Virus record (IMG/VR): IMGVR_UViG_3300036770_004917
Coordinates: 1-64,000 of that record
DNA length: 64,000 bases
Source: a virus
Reading direction: 5' to 3' (one strand)
Every line of letters begins with the position of its first letter. The first letter of the stretch is position 1. The position numbers and the translations under genes were made by a program. This document shows positions 21,001-30,400 of the stretch, one piece after another. Below the pieces are notes generated by a model. It saw only the letters and a program-made list of their open reading frames with translations. It ran no database searches and had not been told where the DNA came from.

Positions 21001-24000
21001 AGCATGTCAATACCCATGTCCTGCTTTGCTTGGGCACGCACTCTGCCTGATGGGCTTGATGTATTTTGGAGATTGTCAACCTTTTCGCTGACCACCCAAG
21101 TGTCTCCGGCCTTGTCTTTGATTATTGCCTTGTGGGGAACCCCTGCACCGGCAACTCTATATACTGCAGCACCAGCAACTTCTGCTTCTGCATGACCATC
21201 AGAACGTCCGCGCTTAGCAAAGAAAATTCGTCCAGTGCTATCGTCCTCGAACCAATATCCCTCATTGAGTCCAGTTGGCCCTGGGATGCGGCGCATTGTA
21301 TTTAGGTCATCCCATGTTGGCAGCGACACACCGCTTACAACCGGCCCACTATATGGCGAGGCGCTGCGGGTTGAGGCGACACCAAAAATTTCCTTGAGGT
21401 CACGAGGTGTGACAATGTCATTGCCAATGCGTATGTAGTTACCAGCGCCCATATTTCGTGCATTTAGGAGATTGCGAATCTCTCCAGAATCAGTGACACT
21501 TGGAAGAATTGTGTCTACCCAGTTGTCCCAATTGTCTGAGCCGAGCGAAGGGGTAGCAACTGAGCGGGCAGACCGCGTTGACTCAGTTTGTGGTTTTGCC
21601 TGCTTTGCAAAATCTTGCACGCGCTTGCGCAATTCATCCTTAATCGCTTTTCCGCGTGGGGTGTTATACCCTTGCAGGTGGTCGAGGACGTGGGCGGTGA
21701 TTGATGCAGCACTCAACTTGCCCCAGGAATCATTCATGGATGTCAATCCCGCAAATGTGCCATAGGATTGGTGCGGACCACCGTTGTTTTGGTCACCCTT
21801 AAGCGGTATCGCTAAGACGTCGGCCCTAATCATTCTTGCAAGTTCATACAATGGCGCTTTAGAAATTTCACGCAATTCTTCTGGGGATAGTGGCTCGCTG
21901 CCGGTTCTGGCGGCCCGTCTTCCACGCTTAATGCTGCGGTCGAACAGAAGTGCGCTAACTGCCCTATTGACCTGGTTGTCGCTGGGCGATGTCTTTCCTT
22001 GCCGGGCAAGCCAAATTCTTGCAACCTGTTCCAAATCAATGACATCGTCGGCCTCCATTTTCAGGAGGTTTGCCAATGTGGGCAATCCGTCTGCATCAAG
22101 AGAGTTAATATCATCATTTGGCACAATGCCGGAACGGAGACTGCGCGGGAATGACTGTCCCAAAAGGTCACGTGGATTGAAGGGCTTAATTCCTTGTCGT
22201 TTATTTCTCTCGGCAATAGCACCTTCAAATCGCGTATCTGGGTTTCCGCCGATTCCCGCCCTGCTGCCTTCGTTGATAATGTCATCAAGTTCTTTGTCTG
22301 ACATCTCTTCGAAGTTGATACCTAGTAGTCGCTTGACATCCATTGGGAGGTCATCTGCACGGCTGGCCCCTTGGCCTGTTGCGCCCGGACCTGTGAATGA
22401 ACGAGCCGAACGAGTCGATGGCACCCTCTGGGCATCTTCGAGGTTTGCCCCATCAAAATACGATTCGCCAGTATCGTCAGGGAATTTGGCATCAGTCAAA
22501 TTTGCATCAGTAAAGTCGCTATCGGAAATTCGTGATTCCGTGAAATCAACATTCTCCAGATTTGCTCTAATAAATTGTGTCCCCGTAAAAGATGAACGGC
22601 CAAAGCCTGCCCCTGCCAGGTTGGCATTTGTGAGGTCTGCTTCGTTAAAACTTGCACCACTCACACCTTGGCCCGAGGTCTCTGATAGATTTGCTCCCGT
22701 CAGATTTGCCCTATTGAACCAAGTATTTGAGATATTGGCTCGGTTGAGATTTGCTCCACTCAGATTGGCCTCAGTGAAAGTTGCACCATTAATATTCGTG
22801 CCTGACAAATCAGCATCCGTCAAGTTTGCCTTATTGAAATTTGCAAAATCAAATGTTGCTTCTCTTAGGTCCGCCCCACGAAGGTTGGCCCCAGTAAATG
22901 ATGCATCGTAGAGATTTGCTCCAGTGAAGTCAACAGATACGAGTTCCGAATCTGACATGTCGGCACTATCAAGGTTGGCGTTTTTGAAATTTAGACCAGT
23001 CAATCGCATTCCGGACATATCTGCGCCACTGAGGTCTCGGTCACCTTGAAGTTCTTCGAGAATCTGCTCTTCCGTTGGTGCTGCGCCCTTCCATTTTGTT
23101 GATTCCAGGCGAGAAGAACGCAGGCTGACTGATTCGCGCCTACGTTGGTCGCGGCTTCTTAGTGTCTTGTCTGGGGCATGCTTACCACCACGCTCGTATT
23201 TGAAACCCTGCTTTTTGATGTCGTTAAGAATGCGCCCAAGGAAGTCGGGGTTCGACTCCAACTCCCGAACCCAGTTGTCGTCTACATCTTTATAGGTATA
23301 GGTTCGGCCGCCATTAAAGGTAACAATTAGTTCCTTGGCATCATCGTCCCATGAGATTTTTTCAACAGCACGCGAACCCTCGGTGTTGATTTGAGTTTTT
23401 CCACCCTTGCCAACCCTGCTTGCACCAGCGCGACGTGCGTTCATTATCGCCCCTCTGGCACGGGCTGGGTCGAGTGGGTTGCGGCTTGCAGTAGCGCCAC
23501 TCGGTACGAATCTTGAAAGCCTTGATGAATCGTCCCCAAGAAGCACCTGAATCTGCTCACTCACGGCAGAAACGTCACTATCGGTCAGTCGACCTGCACG
23601 ACGCAATTTTTCATTTTCTTCGGAACTTCCCTCAAGGAGTGAAGAAATTTTTCTGCCAAGATTTTCGGGAACCGTAAAACGTGGGATGATGGGACGCTCT
23701 AGGGGCGTGCTCTCGAATACGATTCCATCTTTGTCGGCGTCAATTCGGCCAGTTACGTCAATGAACACCAAACCGGCTGGGGCGGCACGAAGTCCACCAC
23801 CAAGGCGGCTTCCGAGACGCTGGCCCAATTTTTTGACCTCAATAAGACCACCAGTAATATCTCTATTTTTGATGAGAGACTTATGGGCGACATCGTTCAT
23901 GCCAACAACCCGCTGTGCTCCCCTGGAGATTGTGGCATCAACCTTCGCTTGCATGTGTCGCGAGGAAATACCGTCAATACGCGAACGTACTAAGCCTGTT

Positions 24001-24467
24001 TTGGGATTAAAACCAATTGCTCCGCTGCGCAGCATGGCTGCGAATGAATAGGAGCCAGAGTCCGATTTAAATGCTAGCGCCTTGAAAGATACGGCATTTT
24101 GTCGGCCACCCAAACCAAATGCGCGTAATTGAAAGTCGCGAGCAGATGGGGTAACGGACCACGCATTAGTGCGATGCGACTCAACGTAGGAGCGCTTTCC
24201 TGGAGTAAATGATGCTCCACTAATAACTGCATCAAGCAGGCCCTTGACAAATGTGGGGCTATCATTTCGCAGGGCTGTTGGTGTTGACTGGATGATTCCA
24301 GAAGGTAGAACTTGCTCTAGCGATTTATGTTCCTGAGAGTTTGCCCAATTCGCCCACTCCTCCGCCTTTCGGTGTGCTCCGTGGGCGGAAAACGTCATTC
24401 CGTCCTTGACGACAATTCCATAGGTAGAATTATCGCTTGCGTCCGTCAGGATGACATATTGCTTCAC
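15096..24467 (-). CDS. Giant polyvalent protein B (3123 aa): tag, KTSC, pentapeptide repeats, HipA/PI3K-like kinase, internal repeats, C-terminal ART-like domain
   Basis: GGAGG SD with GTGA coupling; S.AV..I.WD...ELIVTF..G..Y.Y; A(N/D)LxGA repeats; FFAK..AEAEV..RD..NN..VDTGG; RRG..GPGEYW..GYDA; 9 exact STRS. Confidence 0.85.
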   Translation of the reverse strand: MKQYVILTDASDNSTYGIVVKDGMTFSAHGAHRKAEEWANWANSQEHKSLEQVLPSGIIQSTPTALRNDSPTFVKGLLDAVISGASFTPGKRSYVESHRTNAWSVTPSARDFQLRAFGLGGRQNAVSFKALAFKSDSGSYSFAAMLRSGAIGFNPKTGLVRSRIDGISSRHMQAKVDATISRGAQRVVGMNDVAHKSLIKNRDITGGLIEVKKLGQRLGSRLGGGLRAAPAGLVFIDVTGRIDADKDGIVFESTPLERPIIPRFTVPENLGRKISSLLEGSSEENEKLRRAGRLTDSDVSAVSEQIQVLLGDDSSRLSRFVPSGATASRNPLDPARARGAIMNARRAGASRVGKGGKTQINTEGSRAVEKISWDDDAKELIVTFNGGRTYTYKDVDDNWVRELESNPDFLGRILNDIKKQGFKYERGGKHAPDKTLRSRDQRRRESVSLRSSRLESTKWKGAAPTEEQILEELQGDRDLSGADMSGMRLTGLNFKNANLDSADMSDSELVSVDFTGANLYDASFTGANLRGADLREATFDFANFNKANLTDADLSGTNINGATFTEANLSGANLNRANISNTWFNRANLTGANLSETSGQGVSGASFNEADLTNANLAGAGFGRSSFTGTQFIRANLENVDFTESRISDSDFTDANLTDAKFPDDTGESYFDGANLEDAQRVPSTRSARSFTGPGATGQGASRADDLPMDVKRLLGINFEEMSDKELDDIINEGSRAGIGGNPDTRFEGAIAERNKRQGIKPFNPRDLLGQSFPRSLRSGIVPNDDINSLDADGLPTLANLLKMEADDVIDLEQVARIWLARQGKTSPSDNQVNRAVSALLFDRSIKRGRRAARTGSEPLSPEELREISKAPLYELARMIRADVLAIPLKGDQNNGGPHQSYGTFAGLTSMNDSWGKLSAASITAHVLDHLQGYNTPRGKAIKDELRKRVQDFAKQAKPQTESTRSARSVATPSLGSDNWDNWVDTILPSVTDSGEIRNLLNARNMGAGNYIRIGNDIVTPRDLKEIFGVASTRSASPYSGPVVSGVSLPTWDDLNTMRRIPGPTGLNEGYWFEDDSTGRIFFAKRGRSDGHAEAEVAGAAVYRVAGAGVPHKAIIKDKAGDTWVVSEKVDNLQNTSSPSGRVRAQAKQDMGIDMLLQVRDAWSGGNNKMVDPIGVIYTVDTGGAGPYRAQGGSKKPEFSPDAPWDDVATMIYMPGAPIRGQHISNLYGRVSNNDLVVAMRRVEHLNLQKIDQEMGDAGVPPQMRKLFVDTISARQKMAKDIADRFEGYEPSARVNVSGSDVSPGGEKVSRSESRTLIPSIFRFSQPRDTFDKDLHGPSTRSVVMSPVSRKNSTTPRFSDAVDGRVVMRGSDSSGGFDAEIVLTPNGDYVIVGRERDSDGKWNLVGFSGVEVNDSRLSMNNIDGTYSTIDDAEAAIREYVDGPEDMEYDDVLEYLTSAEPGRQLLSTRRTMADRNNGIKSSRSASLAQRDGDLRLARPADGFHYADFERMSDRQLLEEYFNILANRWSELSRSEGPSNSLEYQHVVAALRDRNMFGAIKQILDKYDMEYQASIRREVPFQIPASEFTNDGSFNFPGKRPSLASIRSARSDGEDDTNVEVSMTLSQLGDLSDDLHSIADILINLDEVEALADSDDANSIAALYDTVENAIGGVDSIIMSRDEFDAALRTVSVFNGEMEAGQLPERYRKPLGNLKQLLQSVADSDGYFVTQQMAERGHMFDIPSPGQPRFIAKFKDIVQRSKATGLLRRNNRSSYLNLEKEDRIPRLGRNRKPEPAVIDAYKESGDFEDNFSRWARLTRLNSAYAKEQGVEKGVSPSRASYESSPQFLDDVRDWDAIQVMRINAWNGMNGDDDGRGNLSLRSAAADRASTRSLRSRRGVAQNEDRVPYLGRREYPEGSVIDGFLFSEESSEYYNNWLNSVNNVPGYADEQGIDVDAGEPSFQDYASSPQFLDDVRDWDYRQIRDADKEDLPEISEEDANNLLLSTRSEKRSYESSAAFERGYNQFAMNANDTNFANEQGVSLRRMPTRNDYRYSPAFDADAQMFAGGFEPGTGYGASLQKSTRSSKLVNFNRPGSDNTTPRYSDTANGEVVSRGRSNDGNARFEILRNEDGSYSVDGQERTADGTWKNIFELDSGSEQVAGGLDRSFPSVEDAQEAIDFYMTGPDDLDEADMRMLASTRSSSVLSPSPEQLERLRKRLQRANAEIKRRRLISDELMNNPNASIRVAGREVAARRRARNAGRRIGSAGPSTRSVSERQRIANIDMGSSLRSGRDTAIDGLKSPGHRRIDEQDGQLWESLTPEQRRLTESRAIEMEESLIKAVSGAGNLFASIDENGEIQQIAMLDTTRGAKLTPIEGAGRTNEFVGLFGDIADFNLWGETAEKTVTAKNKRQAQKFASLARYQLLTTQRDPVTGEWRLALSDKGLARLSATHGKVRELLLKKRDAIEANDKLSPGLKKTQLKDINDKIKMLDDQTSALLVLAGARINSNNGRNEEGGDSLAFVAEQLPSSMRKELLGSPSSLTGAAAAKNQVFRKWATTQKGKNNKAIRYNSKEYKELKAKFDAGELPEVFEWYHDQKSGSSKYDLPDSSAFGWRMGDDRVIYDSNGNPRPNADSIVGDGPIVGDDVNLDFDHSSQLWGQSALGIADDDASAIRGDSFWRKLSLAKFIRPDAEGWVKRHNERLRKRKEGRERLERLKKGQVSYGGRAEEADKTAKELRILKRIKADRLKLLAGKKRDSAEILKAHTRKTQPTPAFVLADDGSPTLSKDSLSKFADLELLTRAPRSGELSKEDKKDEKKRQKLEKELKASNLKADRVLGSIWDLNGMQERPTVVTEEEFLELAKDSGNIVIRRGFGGHTFAERYMDDVQRHTTGDGGTMQGPGEYWAVRIEGGNTSPDGGWRGYVTEDNQRGKKGTQPGPGGLMAILPADAKIIRKSELEQIKREMNAVSGGISTALKDPSLPREWRNRKTGAAAEQLAELLEERLYASIPEGDARWQTKGGQVISQLVSAVRNASNPDERANALDALRYFVEGTNGLLQNYLAPFLGYDALRMDSGVMLVMNRGKLITYGGVGGLGMTDAVEEAIKTGGRLDPALVKKLNNGERVD

Positions 24468-26509
24468 TTGTTACCTCCAAGAATTGCGACCAGAATGTCT
24501 TGTTGCCGCTCGAGAGTGTCCAGCCGTTGCTTTGAAATTGCTGAAATAATGTCGAGGTGCGATGTTTCTGCTTCGCTAAGACGCCCATCTCTTTGTAGGC
24601 GTTGTTTATAGTTTACAAAGTTGAATGCTCGCGCCCGTGTAAGTAATCGTTTAATTTCTTCCAAAAATATACGGCGCTGCTGCGCCTTCAACTCTTTGAA
24701 GTACTGTCCGTATACCCCAGTATTGGAGAGGCTGCCCATCTCGGCGACGGCATTTTTTTGTCTATCTACAATACTAATTTTTGACAATTCAGTTAATTCT
24801 GATGCAAGGTCAGACGTAACTGGAGTATTTTCGTCAGCATTTTTAAAGACATCAATTGTTGCTGGATTCCTGTTATTGGTTCCATTAACAAAGTCGGACA
24901 CGAGTAGCGCCGCCATCTTTTTTGGCGATGCTTCGTTCAGGAGTACGTCCTTGTTGGCGTCACGACCCTGGAAAACATTCTGAACCGAGTCAACGATATA
25001 CGGAGAGCGTTTTCCGCTGCGAATCTGATAAACATCCGGTGACTCAACTCCAAGGTGTTGCTGGAAGTCTGAGGCAAATGAATCATCCAGGTGACTGAAG
25101 TCGGAGCGACCCTGCCGCAGCAAATAGGATTTGCCATTAGCACCAACTAGTCGTTCAAGTCCATTGCCTAGATTGCGTCGCTTAAAGGTGTTGTTTTCCG
25201 ACAAGACTTGCTGAAGTATCTCGGGCGCAATCTTGGCTAGCGAACCACCGGCTGCGATATGAGTAAGCGCCTCTGATATTGAAGTAATTTTGTCTGATAT
25301 TTCCGCGACTGATGAACTGTCTCGCGATTCAAGGAGTTCCGTTGTTGGTTTCTTTGACAGTAGTTCTTTGACCCAGCGTTCTGTTTGGCGTCCATTTTTT
25401 TCACGAATCAATTCGTGTGGGCGGACGATTCCTACGAATTTTTCAGAGTACTTAATGCCATCACCAGTTTCCTCAACCACCTTCTGAAGCCGTGCGGATG
25501 GGTTGGTGCTGTTGTCTATTGATGCCGCCATATTGACTGTACGGCCCAGTTTGCGGCGTTCGCCAACGGTGAGTGGCCGTACCTTTTCTAGGCTTATTAC
25601 TGAACCGCCAGGAAGAACCCAGGACACATTTGTCACGCCAGTATTGGACAGTAACCCGAGTTCATCCTGACCGATGGATGGAACATCATTGATGCGCAGC
25701 AGATACGTTGCGCCCTCCATGTCTCTGTTGTCGGGAATTGCCCTCAATATCTTGGGACTTACCACTGGTTCAAGAACAAATCCATCGCGCCTCACTAGGC
25801 GTGCTGCATTGATATCTGGTGCGCCCATCTCCCTGGCTAGGCGCTCCACTTCGGCGAGTCGGGCAATGGGATTTGCATCAGAAACTCTTGGAATCTGTGG
25901 TCTGCGGGAATCGATGATTGAGTCGCCATACTCACCAGCGCCGAGGGGATTGCCCTCTAGTGACTGGGCGATGGCCCGCTCTCCACGCCTGACCGCCCGC
26001 GCAATTGCGGCGATTGCACGCCCCAGTGGTCCGGGGAGGTCAAACAACTTCTGACCACACGTAGATAGTTCATTATCAGTGAAGCGCCCACCGTACTGAT
26101 ACCCTTCTGGGCACCGTGCCGTCCTATCTCGGGTGCTCATTCTGCCACGGCCGCCACCAGGAAGCCCTGGGGTCAGTGCGGTGAAGATTCCGGAACGAAC
26201 TGGGCTCCTGAGTGGTGAAATATCACCCGGCAGCGCATATGAGCCCGCTGCTTGTAGTGTTTGGCCAATTCGGCCAGTAGAACCAATGAGGCCAACACGC
26301 TTTACGTTGTAAGAGTCACGCAGCCCACCAACATGGCAGAGGGCCTTGAATGAAACAACATTGGGGGTTGACGCTGCGGAGCCGTAAAAAATAGAACCTG
26401 CAGCCAAGGATTTCGAATTGTGGTCCAATATGACACGACGAACGAGAACCTGGCTATTAGGGCAGCACTTGCTCGGCTTTGTCATGTCAATTGTCTTCAT
26501 TTGTCGCAT
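24464..26509 (-). CDS. Cargo-like protein with RCPxG..FTD..C motif and degenerate kinase-like C-terminus
   Basis: 681 aa; RCPEGYQYGGRFTDNELSTC; C-terminal LGVESP.V...SDFV..TNNRN resembling a HipA/PI3K fold without the usual catalytic Asp residues. Confidence 0.7.
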   Translation of the reverse strand: MRQMKTIDMTKPSKCCPNSQVLVRRVILDHNSKSLAAGSIFYGSAASTPNVVSFKALCHVGGLRDSYNVKRVGLIGSTGRIGQTLQAAGSYALPGDISPLRSPVRSGIFTALTPGLPGGGRGRMSTRDRTARCPEGYQYGGRFTDNELSTCGQKLFDLPGPLGRAIAAIARAVRRGERAIAQSLEGNPLGAGEYGDSIIDSRRPQIPRVSDANPIARLAEVERLAREMGAPDINAARLVRRDGFVLEPVVSPKILRAIPDNRDMEGATYLLRINDVPSIGQDELGLLSNTGVTNVSWVLPGGSVISLEKVRPLTVGERRKLGRTVNMAASIDNSTNPSARLQKVVEETGDGIKYSEKFVGIVRPHELIREKNGRQTERWVKELLSKKPTTELLESRDSSSVAEISDKITSISEALTHIAAGGSLAKIAPEILQQVLSENNTFKRRNLGNGLERLVGANGKSYLLRQGRSDFSHLDDSFASDFQQHLGVESPDVYQIRSGKRSPYIVDSVQNVFQGRDANKDVLLNEASPKKMAALLVSDFVNGTNNRNPATIDVFKNADENTPVTSDLASELTELSKISIVDRQKNAVAEMGSLSNTGVYGQYFKELKAQQRRIFLEEIKRLLTRARAFNFVNYKQRLQRDGRLSEAETSHLDIISAISKQRLDTLERQQDILVAILGGNK

Positions 26510-27132
26510 CCACAGTCTTCATCAAAAGGTGCATCCATGACGATGCTTTTGCCCATCATGTCATCGCCTTCAATTTCCCAGTTGGCGTCATCGCGCAGGT
26601 ACTTGCAGAACTCCATTTCCATGTCGGCAAAATCTCGCAGAACCAGAAATGCATGCTTTATGTCATCCTGTGTCACAACGTAGTTTTCCTCAACGTCCAT
26701 CATGTCTTGTTTGATATTGAGGAATTCTGAGAAATAAAAGTCTTCGCTGAGCGACTTCTTGCCACCGAAGCGAGAATTCATTCGTTTTTTCCAGTCGGCA
26801 TCTGACCAAATTGAGCCATTGACGACATTCTTCAGTTTACGACGACAGTTCTTCATGCCGGGGTGATGACAGCCCTCATTCGGCCACAAACCAGTAGTTT
26901 CGTGATGGAGCCAAGCGCAGATATTATTCAGTGGGTACAACTCTGGGTGGTCGGCAAGAATGACCTTGCAGCGTCTAAATCCACCAGGCTTGCGCATAAT
27001 TGGACGCCAGTATCGTAGTAGGCGTTCGAGGTTTCCGCGACGTGGGCCTCGGCCCTTAAGGATGTCTCCGGTAATTCGTTCTTGCGGTAAGTCTAGAATT
27101 ACGTCCTGTGGCGCCTTGTAGTTGTACTTCAT
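26497..27132 (-). CDS. Head-region protein with Cys/His motif
   Basis: LLRYW...PGGFRRC...CAWLH...G.WP motif; AGGA SD. Confidence 0.7.
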   Translation of the reverse strand: MKYNYKAPQDVILDLPQERITGDILKGRGPRRGNLERLLRYWRPIMRKPGGFRRCKVILADHPELYPLNNICAWLHHETTGLWPNEGCHHPGMKNCRRKLKNVVNGSIWSDADWKKRMNSRFGGKKSLSEDFYFSEFLNIKQDMMDVEENYVVTQDDIKHAFLVLRDFADMEMEFCKYLRDDANWEIEGDDMMGKSIVMDAPFDEDCGCDK

Positions 27133-27143
27133 TATTTCCTACT

Positions 27144-27485
27144 TTAATCCTGAATGTTTTGGAACATGGTTTTTAGAATCAACTTACCATTGGATGTTTC
27201 CCAGAATAGGCCATGTACAGATGGCGGCAGTCGTAAAACATTATACTGCAAATAAATGTAGGGAATGAGGTCCCCCTCGAATAGTCGTAGAGACCCATTT
27301 GTCATAAGTGATTCTGTGTCGTCGTACGTCATTCGTCTATCTGCGTATGGGTCTTGTCCTGTTAGTAACTTTCGCACAAATCCAACACATTGGTCAGCGG
27401 TATATTTTGAAGTTCCTAATTGTGGGCCGGAATCTCCAAAAAAATCATTTATTTGTTTTTTGTATTTTTCATCAGTCATTTTCAT
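27144..27485 (-). CDS. Hypothetical protein
   Basis: 113-aa ORF, ATGA-coupled to the upstream zincin protein. Confidence 0.6.
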   Translation of the reverse strand: MKMTDEKYKKQINDFFGDSGPQLGTSKYTADQCVGFVRKLLTGQDPYADRRMTYDDTESLMTNGSLRLFEGDLIPYIYLQYNVLRLPPSVHGLFWETSNGKLILKTMFQNIQD

Positions 27486-30400
27486 GGATTGAAAGCCTCA
27501 CTCATTCTGTCTGATGGCAACCGACCAGAGAAGACCCACTGCATCAATTTATTAAGCACCTGAAGTTCTTCGTTGGTGAGTTCCCGCGTAATGAGGCCGG
27601 AATCAGCAATCTGCGAGAATGGTATGCCCATAAAGTCGGCGACAGCGGACTCGGCTACAAATTCACCAATTGACCATTTTGTACTGCCCAGCCATGTGGT
27701 TGGGTCCGTCAGGGTCGCCTGGTACGACGAATATCCCTGTGCTGGAAGTGAACTAAGTCCAGTGCCCCCTGCGCTGGATTGGACCCCAGCCGGAAGACCT
27801 ATCTTTCTGGCAATATCATTTATTATTTTAATTTCTGATTGATTTAGTGGCGACAGTTCAGTTCTTCCCGTTTTGGGCATAATTTCAAAATTTTCCCATA
27901 AACGGCTTGACATAGTGCCTGAATTAATTGCATTAGCAACTGCAGATAAACTGTCATCTATTCCTGTAAACAATTTTTCGAGAACATCATCAATGGGCAT
28001 TTCCATAAATTCTGAAAGTGAAATGTCGCCAAAACTACTCGGTAGGTCAACGGCATCGGGCTCGGAACGGCTCGACATTGCCTGTTCAATATTTTGAACT
28101 CCCATTTGTAGTTGTTTTTCTGTTTCGCGGACGAGTGACGAGACCCCAATCAGTGCATCAATTAGTGGCTTAACATCTTCCGGTCGCCCACCGCCCATAA
28201 CGTTTCCATCATCTCCCTTGATGTCGGGGAAACCAAGAGTTGACAAAACAATCGCAGGCGATACCTTTCCTAGGGTTAGGCTGTCACTGCCATCTGATTC
28301 AAACATTCTGATTCCGCGCATTATGTTGCGGCGAGCACTTTGTTCTCTTTTTTGAATTGCTGGATTGATGAGAAGTGATGCAATAGCGGGCGTTATTGAG
28401 TCACCTGCCTTGAATTCAAGAATACTGTCCAGTCCGAGTATTCCAGATACTTCAGGAATGCTTGCCTGCATTTTATTTAGCAAATCCGCCATATAGCCGT
28501 TCAATGCAACGGGTTTGTCACCCATGAAAATTGGTTGACCAAGCCACGACTCCATTTGTTGAATAAATTGTTCAACCATTTCGGCTTTTGCCTGTTTTAC
28601 CAAATCATCAAAATTGCTTTTGCCAATAGAATCTGGATTCTTGGCCATAAAACCCGCGACACTAAATGGCCCAATTGCCCCCATTGCCCGAGCAGCGTCA
28701 TATCTACCGACTCCTGGCGGCTGCATCTTTATTATTTCTATTGCTGATGTGATAGTTGATGTTAGGCCAACCAAAGACTCTGATGTTCCGTTTAACTTTT
28801 GAAAATCAGGAATCAATCTCCCTGCTGTACCTCCTGTAGTCAGCATGAGAATGTCGCGCCTCAGTAGTTCAGGGCTATTTTGTGCGTATTCTCGTATTTC
28901 GTCCTTGAAAACATCTGTATAAAATGCCTCGATAGGTAGTTGCTTCTGCAACTCCTTAAATGTTTCTGGAGTAAGTCCTGCCTCTTTTTGCCTGTCTATA
29001 TACCTTTGAAGGTATTCGTCGCGAAGTTTTTGTGCTTTTTTGCGATTACTTTCCAATATTCTCAGGAAATGCAAACCATGTGCCGACTCGTGAACTCCAA
29101 CCAACTTGGAGTTCACTGTCAGCCATTTGTCCAGTAGTTCTTCGCCATTGGCGAGATGCATTTTTAGTCCTGGAGAGTTAAGAGAGTTTTGGTACGCCTC
29201 TCTTGTTTTGCGTAGCGATTTCAGAATATCCGCAATACTGCCTTGCTGAATTGCTCTTAATGTTCGTGAAACAAGTAGGTCTTTATCAAATGAAGAGTCA
29301 ACTTGTGCGATTGCATCAGCGGAATTGTTGACCACATTCCATATTGTCTGCAGCAAATCCTGTCCAAGTGCCGAAGATGGAACTTGTGATTCCGCTCCGA
29401 TTAAATTATTCCCCTGAAGTAGTTGGTTTATGATTTCAGACATCGACGCAATTCCAGGTTCAATATCCAATCCATATTTGTATTGGAGCGCGTTCATTAT
29501 TTTTGACTTATCCGGCATTTCATTCAAGTCATCTCTTAGTGCTTTGCTTATGGCATATGAAAGTGCAGTAAAGTTGCGCTTATCTTGCTTCATCAGTAGT
29601 CCGAGAAGGTATATACGTGAATTTTGCTTATCTGTTTCAGCCGAATAACCAATAGTCATTAATGGTTTTCTATTTTTTTTGGGTAGCAAGCGCGGTCCCT
29701 CATCGCTGAACTTTTGACTAAACTCCCAATCTTTTGCCCCCAGCGGAACAGACGTATAGCCACCTGCCCCTTGGGCGGCGATACGTGGGTCCATTGACCT
29801 CAGTCTCCACGTAACCTCGTTCCTACTGGCATCATCGCCAAACATCAATAAAAACTGATTAATATATGCCAGTTCCCATGGTTTCAAAGAATCACTATCC
29901 GCTTTTGAATCCAAGAATTCAATACTTGAGCGAGCCTTGTCGTTTGGACTTAGTCCGAAAGATGGGATGAGTCTTTTCAGAATATCCATTGCATCTTTGC
30001 GTGTCTTTATTTTTTTGCCGTCGTTATGACGGCGTGAAACAATCCCGGCGACGTCATCTATCGCACTTAGCATTTCTTCGCGCGTAGCGGAACGGTCTGC
30101 TGCCTTATCGGCTCGCCTGGTGGTAATGCTCCTCAGGCTCGTATTTGTAGAACTATCCGGCAGAAAATCAAACCCTGGTATGAATGGGCGCATTGTTGGT
30201 AGTCCATCATCCACAAAACCATCACCGTCACCATCTACTGATGGTTTTCCGCTCAGAAGTGGTCCGAGAGCCTTGAATCCGACAATACCCCTCATGTTAA
30301 AAACTGATTTCCGTGAAAGAACTGTCTTCTCCATCGGAAGCGAACCAGTTGAAGCAATTTTTCTGCGGAACTCATCGGCACGAATTCTGTAGTCTTTTCT

